This document shows positions 16,546-26,618 of a stretch of DNA of 64,000 bases, piece after piece. Positions within the stretch are counted from its first letter, which is position 1. Each line of letters begins with the position of its first letter. The stretch covers positions 1,045-65,044 of the forward strand of contig CALXVS010000005.1 of the NCBI GenBank assembly GCA_944392145.1, read 5' to 3'. This DNA is from an uncultured Alphaproteobacteria bacterium (GTDB lineage: Bacteria; Pseudomonadota; Alphaproteobacteria; CAAHEQ01; UBA3637). The notes beneath the pieces are model-generated. The model did no database searches and had not been told where the DNA came from. It was given only the letters and a program-made list of their open reading frames with translations. A program made the translations under genes and the position numbers.

Positions 16546-16701
16546 ATGGGTTGGGATAGATTTGTTGGAGAATCGGGCGCTGTATTGGGCATTGATCATT
16601 TCGGCGCTTCGGCCCCCGGTGATACATTATTCCAACAGTATGGATTTACCGTTGAAAATGTGGAAAGAATTGTATATGAATTATTAGAAGCGAATGCATA
16701 A
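16546..16701 (+). pseudogene. tkt: Transketolase C-terminal remnant (51 aa)
   Basis: Translates as MGWDRFVGESGAVLGIDHFGASAPGDTLFQQYGFTVENV..., the conserved transketolase C-terminus; the rest of the gene is absent. Confidence 0.85.
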
Positions 16702-16781
16702 ATAACACCATTCGGGAAAAGGAAAACGGGTGAAATAATTTGTCATCCGTTTTTTTATATTTTTAATACATTAAGTGCAAC

Positions 16782-17825
16782 TTATTCTTTTTCTTTTTCT
16801 TGAATGAAGCGACTTAAATGATATGCTTTATGCAACCAAAACGGTTCAGCTTGTTGTTGCTCAATAAAGTGGAGCAGTTGATTTAAATTATCCAGATATT
16901 TTTTATTATGTGGCCATTTAAAAAACACGCCGTTAAAATGAAAAGCAAACAAATCTCGTGCTTTTTCTTCCGCAATACCAATTTCTTTTAATTTTAAATA
17001 AATCATCATCGGTAATCGGACGGTTGAATCGTAGTATTTGTCACGATTGTTGACAATTGATGCTTGATGATTGCGTTTATAGTATATTTTTTGCGGTAGA
17101 GCCAAGCCGTGGGCGCCACTGAGCAGAACAGACATACAAAAACATTCATCTTCAAAATAAAGCCCGTCGGGGAAAGTAATTTTTTTATCCTTCAAAAAAG
17201 AACGTCGATAAACTTGTTTGCCGGATGTGGCGGGAAAATTGAATAAGACTTCACTCGCTAATTCGGAACCGATATACGGGTAAATTGTATGAGGTATAAT
17301 CTCTTTGGGTAACCCATTATAATATGTAGCGGATATTTTTTCACCGTCTTGATTAACGGGTTGAATGTAAAAGGATACAATATCGGGATTAATATCTGAT
17401 ATTTTTTTTGATTTTTGAATAGATTGATATAATTTTTTTAAAGCATCTTCATCAATCCAATCATCTGCGTCAATAAACCAAATATACTTCCCTTTCGCTT
17501 GTTTCATCGCATTATTGCGAGCGGTTGAAAGACCTTGATTTTCTTGATTGATCACTTTGATACGGTTGTCTTTCTCGGCAAAATACATAATGGTTTCCAA
17601 GGAAGAATCCGTGGAACCGTCATTGACGATAATAAATTCAAAATCGGGAAATGAAGAACTTAATACGGATTGAATGGTTTGAGAAATATATTTTTCATAA
17701 TTATAGTTGGATAAAATAATTGTAAAAAACGGCTTTTTAAATAAATAAGTTAAACCGCTATATGTGATACCGAAAGATAAAACAAATATCAAAATAAATC
17801 GTAATGAACTTAAAAACCGTTTCAT
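16782..17825 (-). CDS. Glycosyltransferase family 2 with N-terminal membrane anchor
   Basis: YNYEKYI, IIVNDGSTD, NQGLSTARN, FIDADD, FPDGLYFED. Confidence 0.92.
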   Translation of the reverse strand: MKRFLSSLRFILIFVLSFGITYSGLTYLFKKPFFTIILSNYNYEKYISQTIQSVLSSSFPDFEFIIVNDGSTDSSLETIMYFAEKDNRIKVINQENQGLSTARNNAMKQAKGKYIWFIDADDWIDEDALKKLYQSIQKSKKISDINPDIVSFYIQPVNQDGEKISATYYNGLPKEIIPHTIYPYIGSELASEVLFNFPATSGKQVYRRSFLKDKKITFPDGLYFEDECFCMSVLLSGAHGLALPQKIYYKRNHQASIVNNRDKYYDSTVRLPMMIYLKLKEIGIAEEKARDLFAFHFNGVFFKWPHNKKYLDNLNQLLHFIEQQQAEPFWLHKAYHLSRFIQEKEKE

Positions 17826-18071
17826 ATCAGATAATCCTTTTGTGAAGATACGCTATTATAGCAACAAATAAAATAACGGGTCAAAGCATTTTTAGCGCAT
17901 TCACATAAAAAAGTTTTGATATAAATCGGTAAAAGCAACAGAAGCAGAATATATTATCTAACAGTTTTTTTATGCGGTTGATAAATTTGTATGGAATAAT
18001 AAATAATTCTTTTTTTTACTGAAAAAATACGTTATATTGACAGCTATCAAGTTTTATTCGGGAGTATATCA

Positions 18072-18986
18072 ATGCAAGATGAAGTGATTTTGGTGGATGG
18101 GCTTTCCAAATCATTTTATTATTCAAAGGGATTGTTTTGTAAAAGTAAAGTGCGAACGGATGCAGTAAAAAATCTTTCGTTTTCCGTTCATGCCGGCGAA
18201 TGTGTGGCTTTTATCGGCCCGAACGGAGCCGGGAAATCAACAACCGTTAAATTATTAACTTCCGTTTTGTACCCAACCTCCGGAACTGCTCTTGTCGGCG
18301 GACTTAATCCGTGGGAGAATCGGCGTGATTTAGCGCGCCGTATCGGGGTAGTATTCGGGCAACGCTCTCAATTATGGTATCATTTACCTGTGCGAGATTC
18401 TGTTTTTTTACTGGCAACGGCGTATGATATACCGGATTGTATTGCACAAAAAAAATGGCATGAATTGTCCGAAGTATTAGATATTGGTAAATTATGGTTG
18501 GTTCCCGTTAAACAATTATCTCTCGGGCAAAGAATGCGTTGCGAAATAGCGGCCTCTCTTTTGCACGAACCATCTATTTTATTTCTTGATGAACCGACAA
18601 TCGGTTTAGATGTGGAAGCGAAAAGAATATTGCGTGATTTTTCAAAAAAAGAAGCCACTGAAAACAAAACAACGATTTTACTCACCAGTCATGATACGGA
18701 AGATATTGAAAAAGTTTGTCAGCGCGTTATTCTTATCAATCAAGGAACGAAAATGTTAGATACTTCCGTTCAACAATTAAAAACGGATTTTCTTTCAAAA
18801 AAATATGTTCGTTTGTTTAAGAATAATGGTGATTGTGAATGTTTTGCTATTGAAACGAAAAATAAATCCGTTCAATCTTTTTTAAAACAAACAAATTTAA
18901 ACGAAATAACGGATATAACGATTGAAAATCCGCCGTTGGAGGAAATCATTCGAACATTGTATATCAGCGGAGAGGGGCATGCATAA
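18072..18986 (+). CDS. ABC transporter ATP-binding protein
   Basis: GPNGAGKST, VVFGQRSQL, LSLGQRMR, FLDEPTIGLD. Confidence 0.95.
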   Translation: MQDEVILVDGLSKSFYYSKGLFCKSKVRTDAVKNLSFSVHAGECVAFIGPNGAGKSTTVKLLTSVLYPTSGTALVGGLNPWENRRDLARRIGVVFGQRSQLWYHLPVRDSVFLLATAYDIPDCIAQKKWHELSEVLDIGKLWLVPVKQLSLGQRMRCEIAASLLHEPSILFLDEPTIGLDVEAKRILRDFSKKEATENKTTILLTSHDTEDIEKVCQRVILINQGTKMLDTSVQQLKTDFLSKKYVRLFKNNGDCECFAIETKNKSVQSFLKQTNLNEITDITIENPPLEEIIRTLYISGEGHA

Positions 18987-19767
18987 GTATCTTTCGTTGA
19001 TAAAAATTTCTTTTACGGCACAAAAAAATTTTATACCTGTTTTGTGTGTCAGAGTTTTTTTTCTGTTATTATTAGTTTGTATCTTTAATCAATTTTGGCA
19101 TATTGTTAAGCAAGAGAATGCGGTATCCGCTTTGATTAATCCGGTTGATTTTATCTGGTATTTATTAATCGGTTGCGTTTTACAATATGGGCGAGCGGAA
19201 GGGTTTCATTACCGAATTGAACAAGAAGTAAAAAGCGGAAACATTGCTTACGGATTGCTTCGTCCGGTATCCGTTATCGGCGCATATTTCTGCGAGGCGA
19301 TGGGCACATTTTTATTTCGGTTGCCGTTTTTGTTTTGTGTGGGAGCTGTTTTTTTATTGATATTAACAAATGGTGAGTTGCCGACCGATTTTTCTGCTTT
19401 GCCCGTTATTTTTTCTTTAATGGTGTTAAGTGCGATTTTTATCAGTTTATGCACGGTATTTATCGGATTATCAACGCTATGGATGCAAGATGCGTTGCCG
19501 ATGTTTTGGCTTATTCAAAAAGCGGAATATATTTTAGGAGGGTTATTTTTTCCGTTATCGTTTTATCCCGAATGGTTGCAACAAATTGCTTTCGCTACGC
19601 CTTTCGGATGGATAAATTATGGTGTTGCGCGATTGATTTATAACTATTCTTCGGTTAATGCCGTTGAGACGTTTATTCATATTTTATTTTGGATTATCAT
19701 TATGATTTGTGTGAATATGTTGTTTTATCGATTACTGATAAGGAGAATAACAATTCATGGCGGATAG
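18979..19767 (+). CDS. ABC-2 type permease (ABC2_membrane_6-like)
   Basis: Multi-TM; VKSGNIAYGLLRP, LGGLFFPLSFYPEWL. Confidence 0.85.
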   Translation: MHKYLSLIKISFTAQKNFIPVLCVRVFFLLLLVCIFNQFWHIVKQENAVSALINPVDFIWYLLIGCVLQYGRAEGFHYRIEQEVKSGNIAYGLLRPVSVIGAYFCEAMGTFLFRLPFLFCVGAVFLLILTNGELPTDFSALPVIFSLMVLSAIFISLCTVFIGLSTLWMQDALPMFWLIQKAEYILGGLFFPLSFYPEWLQQIAFATPFGWINYGVARLIYNYSSVNAVETFIHILFWIIIMICVNMLFYRLLIRRITIHGG

Positions 19768-20548
19768 AAAACAACATTTCTTCGCTCGGTTAATTCAGAT
19801 GAGTATGAAACAATCATACGCACTTAAAGCATCATTTTGGATGCGATTGGTTTTTATGATTGTATCTGATTTAATTATGATGATTGGTTGGTATGTGATG
19901 TTTGAATCATTTCAAACAATTAACGGATGGAATTTTAATGATTTTATGTTCATGAGCGGATTAAATATATCGGCTTTTTCTATTTGGACGCTCTTTTTCC
20001 GAGGTGCCGGAATACGGATGTCGCAGTGGATTCAAAACGGTGAATTTGATTACTTTTTGCTTTCTCCGCAGAATGTGTTATTTCATGCCTCCTGTTGCGT
20101 TTCGGAACCCTCCGGTTGGGGCGATTTTCTAGCAGGTATCGGTTTAATGATTGCGTCCGGTCTGATTACGGTTTCTACATTCGGAATTGTGGTAATCCTT
20201 TTTATTTGCGCTGTTTTATGTTTTTTAAGTGTGAATTTTTTTCTAACGGCAATCAATTTTTATTTTAAAAATACGGTAGATTTAACCGAAAGGTTGTTTT
20301 ATGTGTTTTTTAGTATCTGTGGCTATCCGGGGAGTATTTATACCGATTGGGCAAAAATTTTACTGATAACGATTTTTCCGGCAGGGCTGATTTCAATTTT
20401 GCCGATAGAGGTATTAAAAAATACACAGGGATTTACCTTACTCTATTTGTTGGGTGCTGCCATCACATTGTTTTTCGGTAGTATTTTATTTTTTTACAGA
20501 GGGTTAAAAAAATACGAAAGCGGTAATAGAACGATATTGAGAGGGTAA
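19757..20548 (+). CDS. ABC-2 type permease (ABC2_membrane_6-like)
   Basis: INGWN, IQNGEFDYFLLSP, YPGSIY, C-terminal GLKKYESG. Confidence 0.85.
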   Translation: MADRKQHFFARLIQMSMKQSYALKASFWMRLVFMIVSDLIMMIGWYVMFESFQTINGWNFNDFMFMSGLNISAFSIWTLFFRGAGIRMSQWIQNGEFDYFLLSPQNVLFHASCCVSEPSGWGDFLAGIGLMIASGLITVSTFGIVVILFICAVLCFLSVNFFLTAINFYFKNTVDLTERLFYVFFSICGYPGSIYTDWAKILLITIFPAGLISILPIEVLKNTQGFTLLYLLGAAITLFFGSILFFYRGLKKYESGNRTILRG

Positions 20549-20553
20549 AAGGA

Positions 20554-21603
20554 ATGCAAAAATTTTTATGGATAATCATAATCGGATGTTTGATGATTTT
20601 TCAAAACAGCGTTTCTTACGGGATAGATGTATCGGAAACAAAACCAATGAAAAAAGCAGCGTTGGTTGTTTGGAATAGTGGCACGAAAAACCGTATTTTT
20701 AAAAATTTTCCGGCTTATAGGTATTTACGAACGAAACTCTATCAACGGGGATATTTGTTGAATACATATCCCGAACAACCGATTGAAGGAAGTGATTTAG
20801 TTTTAGTGGTCTGGAAAGTATTTCCAAATATTCCGCCACAATTGAAAGAAAAAAGTTTTTTATGGCTTATAGAAACGCCGGTTTCTATTGCTCATTTATA
20901 TCAAGATAAGTATAAGAATCAGTTTAAAAAGGTGTTTACATATCAAAAACAATACGTCGATAATCAACATATTTTTGAATTAAAAATACCGTATTATTTT
21001 CATTCAAATTTATTTGATATAGATGAAGCGGTTGCACACAAAAATGTATTAATAGCCCAAATAGCCGGTAATTATTATGATAGGAGGTTATTATATCATA
21101 AACGAAGAGAAGATGCTATCTGGTTGATTGAAAATACGCATAATCAATTTAAATTATACGGTAACGGTTGGAATGATATAACAAATACACTTTCTGCAAA
21201 AGGAAAGATGGAATTTAAAAGTGTATACGGCGGGTATATTCCAAAAAAACAAGATGCCGTTAAACCGGCAAAATTCGTGTTGGCGTATGAGAATTCAATT
21301 GCGGATGATTATGTGAGTGAAAAAATTTTTGATGTGATGGTCGGGGGAGCCGTTCCGATTTATTTAGGGGCTCCGAATATTACCGAATATGTACCGGCTG
21401 ATTGTTTTATAGATAGAACACAATTCAAATCAATGGCTGATTTATATGCTTATTTAAATACAATGCCCGATAATGTGTATAAAGGTTATTTAGAGCGTAT
21501 CAGATTATTTTTGCAAAAAAAAGATTCGCATCCGAAAAATACATTACGGTTAATGGATGAATGGCTTCATCAGATTTTTGCAGATACTCCGAATGCTGAT
21601 TAA
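20554..21603 (+). CDS. Glycosyltransferase family 10 (alpha-1,3/4-fucosyltransferase-like)
   Basis: GT10 signature KFVLAYENSIADDYVSEKIFD..GAVPIYLG; N-terminal hydrophobic segment. Confidence 0.85.
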   Translation: MQKFLWIIIIGCLMIFQNSVSYGIDVSETKPMKKAALVVWNSGTKNRIFKNFPAYRYLRTKLYQRGYLLNTYPEQPIEGSDLVLVVWKVFPNIPPQLKEKSFLWLIETPVSIAHLYQDKYKNQFKKVFTYQKQYVDNQHIFELKIPYYFHSNLFDIDEAVAHKNVLIAQIAGNYYDRRLLYHKRREDAIWLIENTHNQFKLYGNGWNDITNTLSAKGKMEFKSVYGGYIPKKQDAVKPAKFVLAYENSIADDYVSEKIFDVMVGGAVPIYLGAPNITEYVPADCFIDRTQFKSMADLYAYLNTMPDNVYKGYLERIRLFLQKKDSHPKNTLRLMDEWLHQIFADTPNAD

Positions 21604-21606
21604 ATT

Positions 21607-23172
21607 TTATTTTGGCCGAATATCAACGGTTGAAAATTTTTGAAACGAAATAGGTTTAGCGTGGAAAAAATAATCTTTCCAGTAAATATCGCTTTCATAC
21701 TGTTTTTGACCTGTTTTAATGTTATAGCGATAAAATTTATCTACGGAAGAGTTTGTGTTTTTATCATCTGTTTTAGCTGCAAATATAAAAGTTTCATTTT
21801 CGTCTAACGAAACGACACTTGATGCAACCGGAGCATAAACGGGTAAAGAGATTTTTTTTACCAATTGAACCGTTTTTTCCTTTTCATCTACCTTAAAGAA
21901 AAGGGCTTCACTTTTATCAAAAGATTTAAGCTTTTTATTGTTTAAAGGACCGTTATTGCTGAAAATACTAATTATTCCGGAGGGGGTTTGATTCACGCTG
22001 TGATTCATTGTTGGCCAGTGGAAATCATCTGCTGTTTGAAAGCCTTGTTGCACATCAATCGGGTAGGGTTTTCCTTGTGCATTCACGGCAGTTAATGCTT
22101 TATCGGCAATAGAGGGGCGTTTGCCGTAGGCTCCGGATTTACCTAATTCTAAATGTGGTGTTATCATCCATTTTAATGCACCGGTTTCATAATCTACTTT
22201 AAAAATTCCTAAAAATTTTCCGGAAATCAGTAAAGAATTATCTTTCGGCAGATATTGAACGGAATTAAGATGTAACCAATCAGCTTTATCGCCTACACAA
22301 AACGGATTTTCAAAAATAGATCGATCCGGATTTAAAATGGTTGCCATATCAAATAATTTAATTACTTTACCGGTTAAGTTGGTTACTAAAATTTTGTCAT
22401 ACACAAGAGATGTTTCTTTATTGAGAACAGAGCCTTTGGAGGATTTATCTGTTCCGATAATTAGAAGGGTGCGATTTGGTCCTTCACCGATATCATGTTG
22501 GAAACTTTCAAAATTACTTGGTAAACGAAACGCTTTTAATTTCTCCCCTAACAACGAAAAAACTTCAATTATTCCGCCACCGTAATCGGTAATAAGAAGA
22601 TTATGAAGAATATGTGTTTGCTTATAACGGCTATCATAATGCGGATTAAAGAAAAAACGAATGTTTCCGTATTCATCAAACACAATTCCTTTAGGGCCGT
22701 TTCCGCCACCGCTTGCAAAATAGAATAAATTATCTTGCGGTGCTTGTTTGGGAATATACCATAATTGCGAAGCGGGAACGGCATCTGTTTTGATTTTATG
22801 TGAATAAATTGTTTCTTTTTTGCCTTTTTCCCGAACAATTAAATCAACCTGATTTTGGTGTTTCGGATACAAACCGTATACAGGAATTGTCCATTCTTTT
22901 TTGTGTTCCGAAAAATGAGTAATTAAATCTTTTTCACCGTTTTTTCCTTTAATTACAAGCGAAACGGAAGCCGGATTTTCCAAGGAAAAACCCATGATAG
23001 CAACCAGTGGATTGCGTCCGAACGGATTGACTTGAATGTAAGGATTATCAGGCGTATATTCAAATTGTTGGTATTGCTTTTCCAACTCGTTCCATGAAAA
23101 GGTATAACCGTGAAGCGGTATCAATAGACTGATACAAACAATAAAAAAAGAAAATAGAGAAGATATTTTCAT
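21607..23172 (-). CDS. Aryl-sulfate sulfotransferase (ASST), periplasmic
   Basis: Signal peptide, N-terminal Ig-like domain VNPFGRNPLVA..IPVYGLYP, FQHDI, DWLHLNSV, TMNHS. Confidence 0.85.
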   Translation of the reverse strand: MKISSLFSFFIVCISLLIPLHGYTFSWNELEKQYQQFEYTPDNPYIQVNPFGRNPLVAIMGFSLENPASVSLVIKGKNGEKDLITHFSEHKKEWTIPVYGLYPKHQNQVDLIVREKGKKETIYSHKIKTDAVPASQLWYIPKQAPQDNLFYFASGGGNGPKGIVFDEYGNIRFFFNPHYDSRYKQTHILHNLLITDYGGGIIEVFSLLGEKLKAFRLPSNFESFQHDIGEGPNRTLLIIGTDKSSKGSVLNKETSLVYDKILVTNLTGKVIKLFDMATILNPDRSIFENPFCVGDKADWLHLNSVQYLPKDNSLLISGKFLGIFKVDYETGALKWMITPHLELGKSGAYGKRPSIADKALTAVNAQGKPYPIDVQQGFQTADDFHWPTMNHSVNQTPSGIISIFSNNGPLNNKKLKSFDKSEALFFKVDEKEKTVQLVKKISLPVYAPVASSVVSLDENETFIFAAKTDDKNTNSSVDKFYRYNIKTGQKQYESDIYWKDYFFHAKPISFQKFSTVDIRPK

Positions 23173-23319
23173 TAGAATAAACTCCTTTTGTAATATAGGG
23201 GAAAGTCTACACAATTTAAGAAAAAGAATCAAGAAAAATGAATCAAGAATTTATGCAAGTCGTTGACTTTAAAATGAATCTATGTTAAAAGCGGAAATTA
23301 AGTATAAAAAGGAAGCAAA

Positions 23320-23793
23320 ATGAAACAACTATTTCTTTACGTTGCAAGTATGATGTTATTGCCGATGCCTGTTTTGGCAACGATAATCAATGGATGGGAT
23401 ATAAACGCACAATCAGCTGAAATACGCCCTTTATTTTCATTGTCGCAGGAGGTTGAAACATATACGGGCGATATCATGCTACATGAAATAACACGTGAGC
23501 CGAAAGAAGGTTTTGTATATGTTGCGATTCCGACGACTGTATCACGCAAAGAAACCGATTCAAAATTTTTATCGGAAAGTGTTTTGTTGAATGTGAACGG
23601 AGAAAGTTTCAGTCGTGTTAAAGATGATTCTTTTTTAATTGACTACGGCATGAAACCGTTTCCTCACATGAATATTAAATTAGGAACGCATAAAGGGGTT
23701 TATCTTTTTGAAGTTCCAAAAGAATCTGTTTTAAACGAGATGGTTTTGATTTATCAAAATCAAAAAATAAAATTGTCTGTTGAGCAAAAATAA
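23320..23793 (+). CDS. Exported hypothetical protein (DUF4352-like fold possible)
   Basis: Signal peptide ending VLA; PKEGFVYVAI, GVYLFEVPK; first gene of the operon with the ASST. Confidence 0.55.
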   Translation: MKQLFLYVASMMLLPMPVLATIINGWDINAQSAEIRPLFSLSQEVETYTGDIMLHEITREPKEGFVYVAIPTTVSRKETDSKFLSESVLLNVNGESFSRVKDDSFLIDYGMKPFPHMNIKLGTHKGVYLFEVPKESVLNEMVLIYQNQKIKLSVEQK

Positions 23794-23806
23794 AAAAGGG
23801 GGCTTA

Positions 23807-25429
23807 ATGAAGATATTTCAATGGCTTTGTGTGTGGAGTTGTATATTATGCTCCATACCGGTTTATGCAGATTATATTCAAGAGCAAAAGCAAATGGATG
23901 CTGATATTGCGTCGGAATTGTCACAAAAAGAATATTCAATTGAAAATCCGTTGGTGTTGGTGAATCCTTACGGTATTTCTCCGTTAACGGCGCTGATTTC
24001 ATTTCGCACAAAACGCCCTTCCGTTATTGGGATTACCGTTCAGGGAAAAGATGAGGCAACAACGCTCCATCATCAATTCCAAACAAAAACAACCACGCAT
24101 TTAATCCCTATTTACGGTTTGTATGAGGGAAACAATACGGTTATTTTAACGGAACGCAATGAACAAGGTGAAAAAAGTTATCCTTTACAAATTACAACCG
24201 AAAAAATCCCGTTGGAAACGAAAGTTAATGTAAAAACAGCCGATACAACCTTGATGAAAGAGGGGTTGACGTTTGCCACACCGGGCGTTATCGTTAATCC
24301 CGGCAGTTTTGCGTTTGCATTTGATAAAAACGGGGATATTCGATGGGTGTTGACGGATCCGATTATGGGCAAAATGTCGCCATTGCATGTGTTGGACAAC
24401 GGCACATTAATTTTGGGTTCGGAAGAGCATGACCCTAAATATACGGTTGCCTATCACTCGTTATACGAAATTGATTTATTGGGCAAAATTTATCATAAAA
24501 TTCAAGCGGAAGATGATATTCAGCATGATATTGTTAAGTTATCAAACGGCAATTATTTAGCATTGGTGAATATCACGGGTAAAGAAACGATTGCAGATGC
24601 CGTTGTTGAATTAACACCGAATAATGAAGTGATTGATCGGTTTGATATTGATGATATTTTAGGGTTAAAAAATGAGCGTATTCCGCGCACGTTTGAGCAT
24701 TATTTGTATAAAGATAATTATAAGCGTGAGAAAATGGATGCCATGCATCTTAATTCGCTGAACTACGATGCGGAAGACGATAGTATCATTATGACGGCTC
24801 GTTTTTATAATTTCTTGCTGAAAGTAGATCGTAAGACAAAAGAAATTAAATGGATTTTAGCAGATCCGAAAAATGCCTGGCTCAACGATAAAACGCGGGC
24901 CAAACTTTTAAAGCCGAAAACAGCGGATTTTGATTATATCTACGGAGCGCATGCGGCCAAAGCCCATGGCAACGGGCATTTTACCGTGCTGGACAACGGC
25001 ACATATCGGGATATTTACGATAAAGGTGCCAACGCTCCGATTGATTCATATAATCCGCAAAACAGTTGGTCGCGCGGGGTGGAGTTTTTTATTGATGAGC
25101 AGAATATGACGGTTGAAACCGTTTGGCAATATAAACGCGGTCCGGAATTATATAATCATTATTTAGGTGATGTGGATAAGTATGGGGAAGGGCATTACTT
25201 GATGAATTTCGGCGATGTTGTGGCTGATGAAGATGAAACACCTGCCAGTGTGGAACTTTCGCTTAATCCGGCAAAGCAACCGGCACCGTCTCGAGCCTAT
25301 ATTATTGAAGTTAATCAAGGAAAGGTTGTTTTTGAAGCTATTACCGACGGTATGATGAATAATGCCATGTATCGGGTTGAGCGCTTTAATCCGTATGTGT
25401 TGGATACAGAATATCGGTTAGAAAAATGA
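23807..25429 (+). CDS. Aryl-sulfate sulfotransferase (ASST), periplasmic
   Basis: Signal peptide, VNPYGISPLTALISF, IPIYGLY, IQHDI, MHLNSLNYD, YGAH, LDNG, YRVERF. Confidence 0.9.
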   Translation: MKIFQWLCVWSCILCSIPVYADYIQEQKQMDADIASELSQKEYSIENPLVLVNPYGISPLTALISFRTKRPSVIGITVQGKDEATTLHHQFQTKTTTHLIPIYGLYEGNNTVILTERNEQGEKSYPLQITTEKIPLETKVNVKTADTTLMKEGLTFATPGVIVNPGSFAFAFDKNGDIRWVLTDPIMGKMSPLHVLDNGTLILGSEEHDPKYTVAYHSLYEIDLLGKIYHKIQAEDDIQHDIVKLSNGNYLALVNITGKETIADAVVELTPNNEVIDRFDIDDILGLKNERIPRTFEHYLYKDNYKREKMDAMHLNSLNYDAEDDSIIMTARFYNFLLKVDRKTKEIKWILADPKNAWLNDKTRAKLLKPKTADFDYIYGAHAAKAHGNGHFTVLDNGTYRDIYDKGANAPIDSYNPQNSWSRGVEFFIDEQNMTVETVWQYKRGPELYNHYLGDVDKYGEGHYLMNFGDVVADEDETPASVELSLNPAKQPAPSRAYIIEVNQGKVVFEAITDGMMNNAMYRVERFNPYVLDTEYRLEK

Positions 25430-26601
25430 AGGTATTGCGCGCTTTTTTAATAAGCGTTGTATTTATTGGTTGTTTCAGCGGAAGAGCCGTTGCGACCGAA
25501 GATGCGAGCAGTGGCACGGCTTACACGCAATGGAAGCAACATTTGCATGAAGCGTATGGGCTGGATTATCGTGTGCGAGCAGGATTTATGGCTCAACGCG
25601 GTGCACCGAACGGCAAAGAAACACTACTGCGCGATAAATATGAAATAGAAGCAAATTGGGATATGTTTGCAAGCGAAACATGGGGCGCGGGGTCTATTCA
25701 ATTTTTATATGAGGATATTAATTATCCGAAACTGGAAGGATCTCAAATGAGTGCGCGTATCGGTGTTGTGGAACCGATTAATGATGATGCATTTCAACGG
25801 GAATATTTTAAGCGTTTTACATATACGCATCAATTTACGGGTAAGATGAAGCATATTTCGCTATCCGTCGGACAGTTTTTAATTGGTAATTTCGGTAAAG
25901 CCTCTTATAAATCTAAACCGTTAAGCTATTTTAATAATTTTTCGCTCGCGAAGAATATGACGAAAGGATACCCGACAGGCGGTGTCGGTGCTTATTTAAC
26001 GTATACGGGTTTTGAAAACTTAACCCTCATTGCGGGCGGACAAGATACCACGAATTATTATCCGCAGAATATATCGGTGGAACATTTAGATGAACATAAA
26101 TGGACGAGTTTTGTTTATGCTTCATGGACTCCGAAATTAACCTCACTCGGCAAAACGATTTTTACGGGATTTATTTATCATAGCCCGGCCATTCAAAAAT
26201 ATGATGGTCAATTTAATCGGGCATTTACGAAAGAGGCAAACGGCTGGTCATTTACGGCAAGGCAGGATATCGGGAAATGGACGGTGTTAGGAAAAATCAA
26301 CGGATCCACAGGTAATCGGATGTGTGTGGAGCAAAGTTATGTGGCAGAAGTGATGTATCATAATCCGTTTGAGCGCAATGAATTGGATCAAATCGGTATA
26401 GGATTCGGTGCTAATAAAATCAGCACGTTTAATGCCAATGCGGTTCGCCCGTGGGAGAATGTGGCAGAAGCATATATCACATTCGGCATTTCGGATTTTA
26501 TCACGATTACGCCGGATATTCAACTATACATCAATCCGGCTTTAACCCGAGAGCATCATACAGCGGTTGTTTCTTCCGTTCAGATGAAATTTTTATTTTA
26601 A
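25426..26601 (+). CDS. Carbohydrate-selective porin, OprB-like
   Basis: Signal peptide, DQIGIG, E.Y....SDFITITPDIQLYINPA, C-terminal Phe. Confidence 0.75.
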   Translation: MKVLRAFLISVVFIGCFSGRAVATEDASSGTAYTQWKQHLHEAYGLDYRVRAGFMAQRGAPNGKETLLRDKYEIEANWDMFASETWGAGSIQFLYEDINYPKLEGSQMSARIGVVEPINDDAFQREYFKRFTYTHQFTGKMKHISLSVGQFLIGNFGKASYKSKPLSYFNNFSLAKNMTKGYPTGGVGAYLTYTGFENLTLIAGGQDTTNYYPQNISVEHLDEHKWTSFVYASWTPKLTSLGKTIFTGFIYHSPAIQKYDGQFNRAFTKEANGWSFTARQDIGKWTVLGKINGSTGNRMCVEQSYVAEVMYHNPFERNELDQIGIGFGANKISTFNANAVRPWENVAEAYITFGISDFITITPDIQLYINPALTREHHTAVVSSVQMKFLF

Positions 26602-26618
26602 TACAGTTGTGTTTAACA

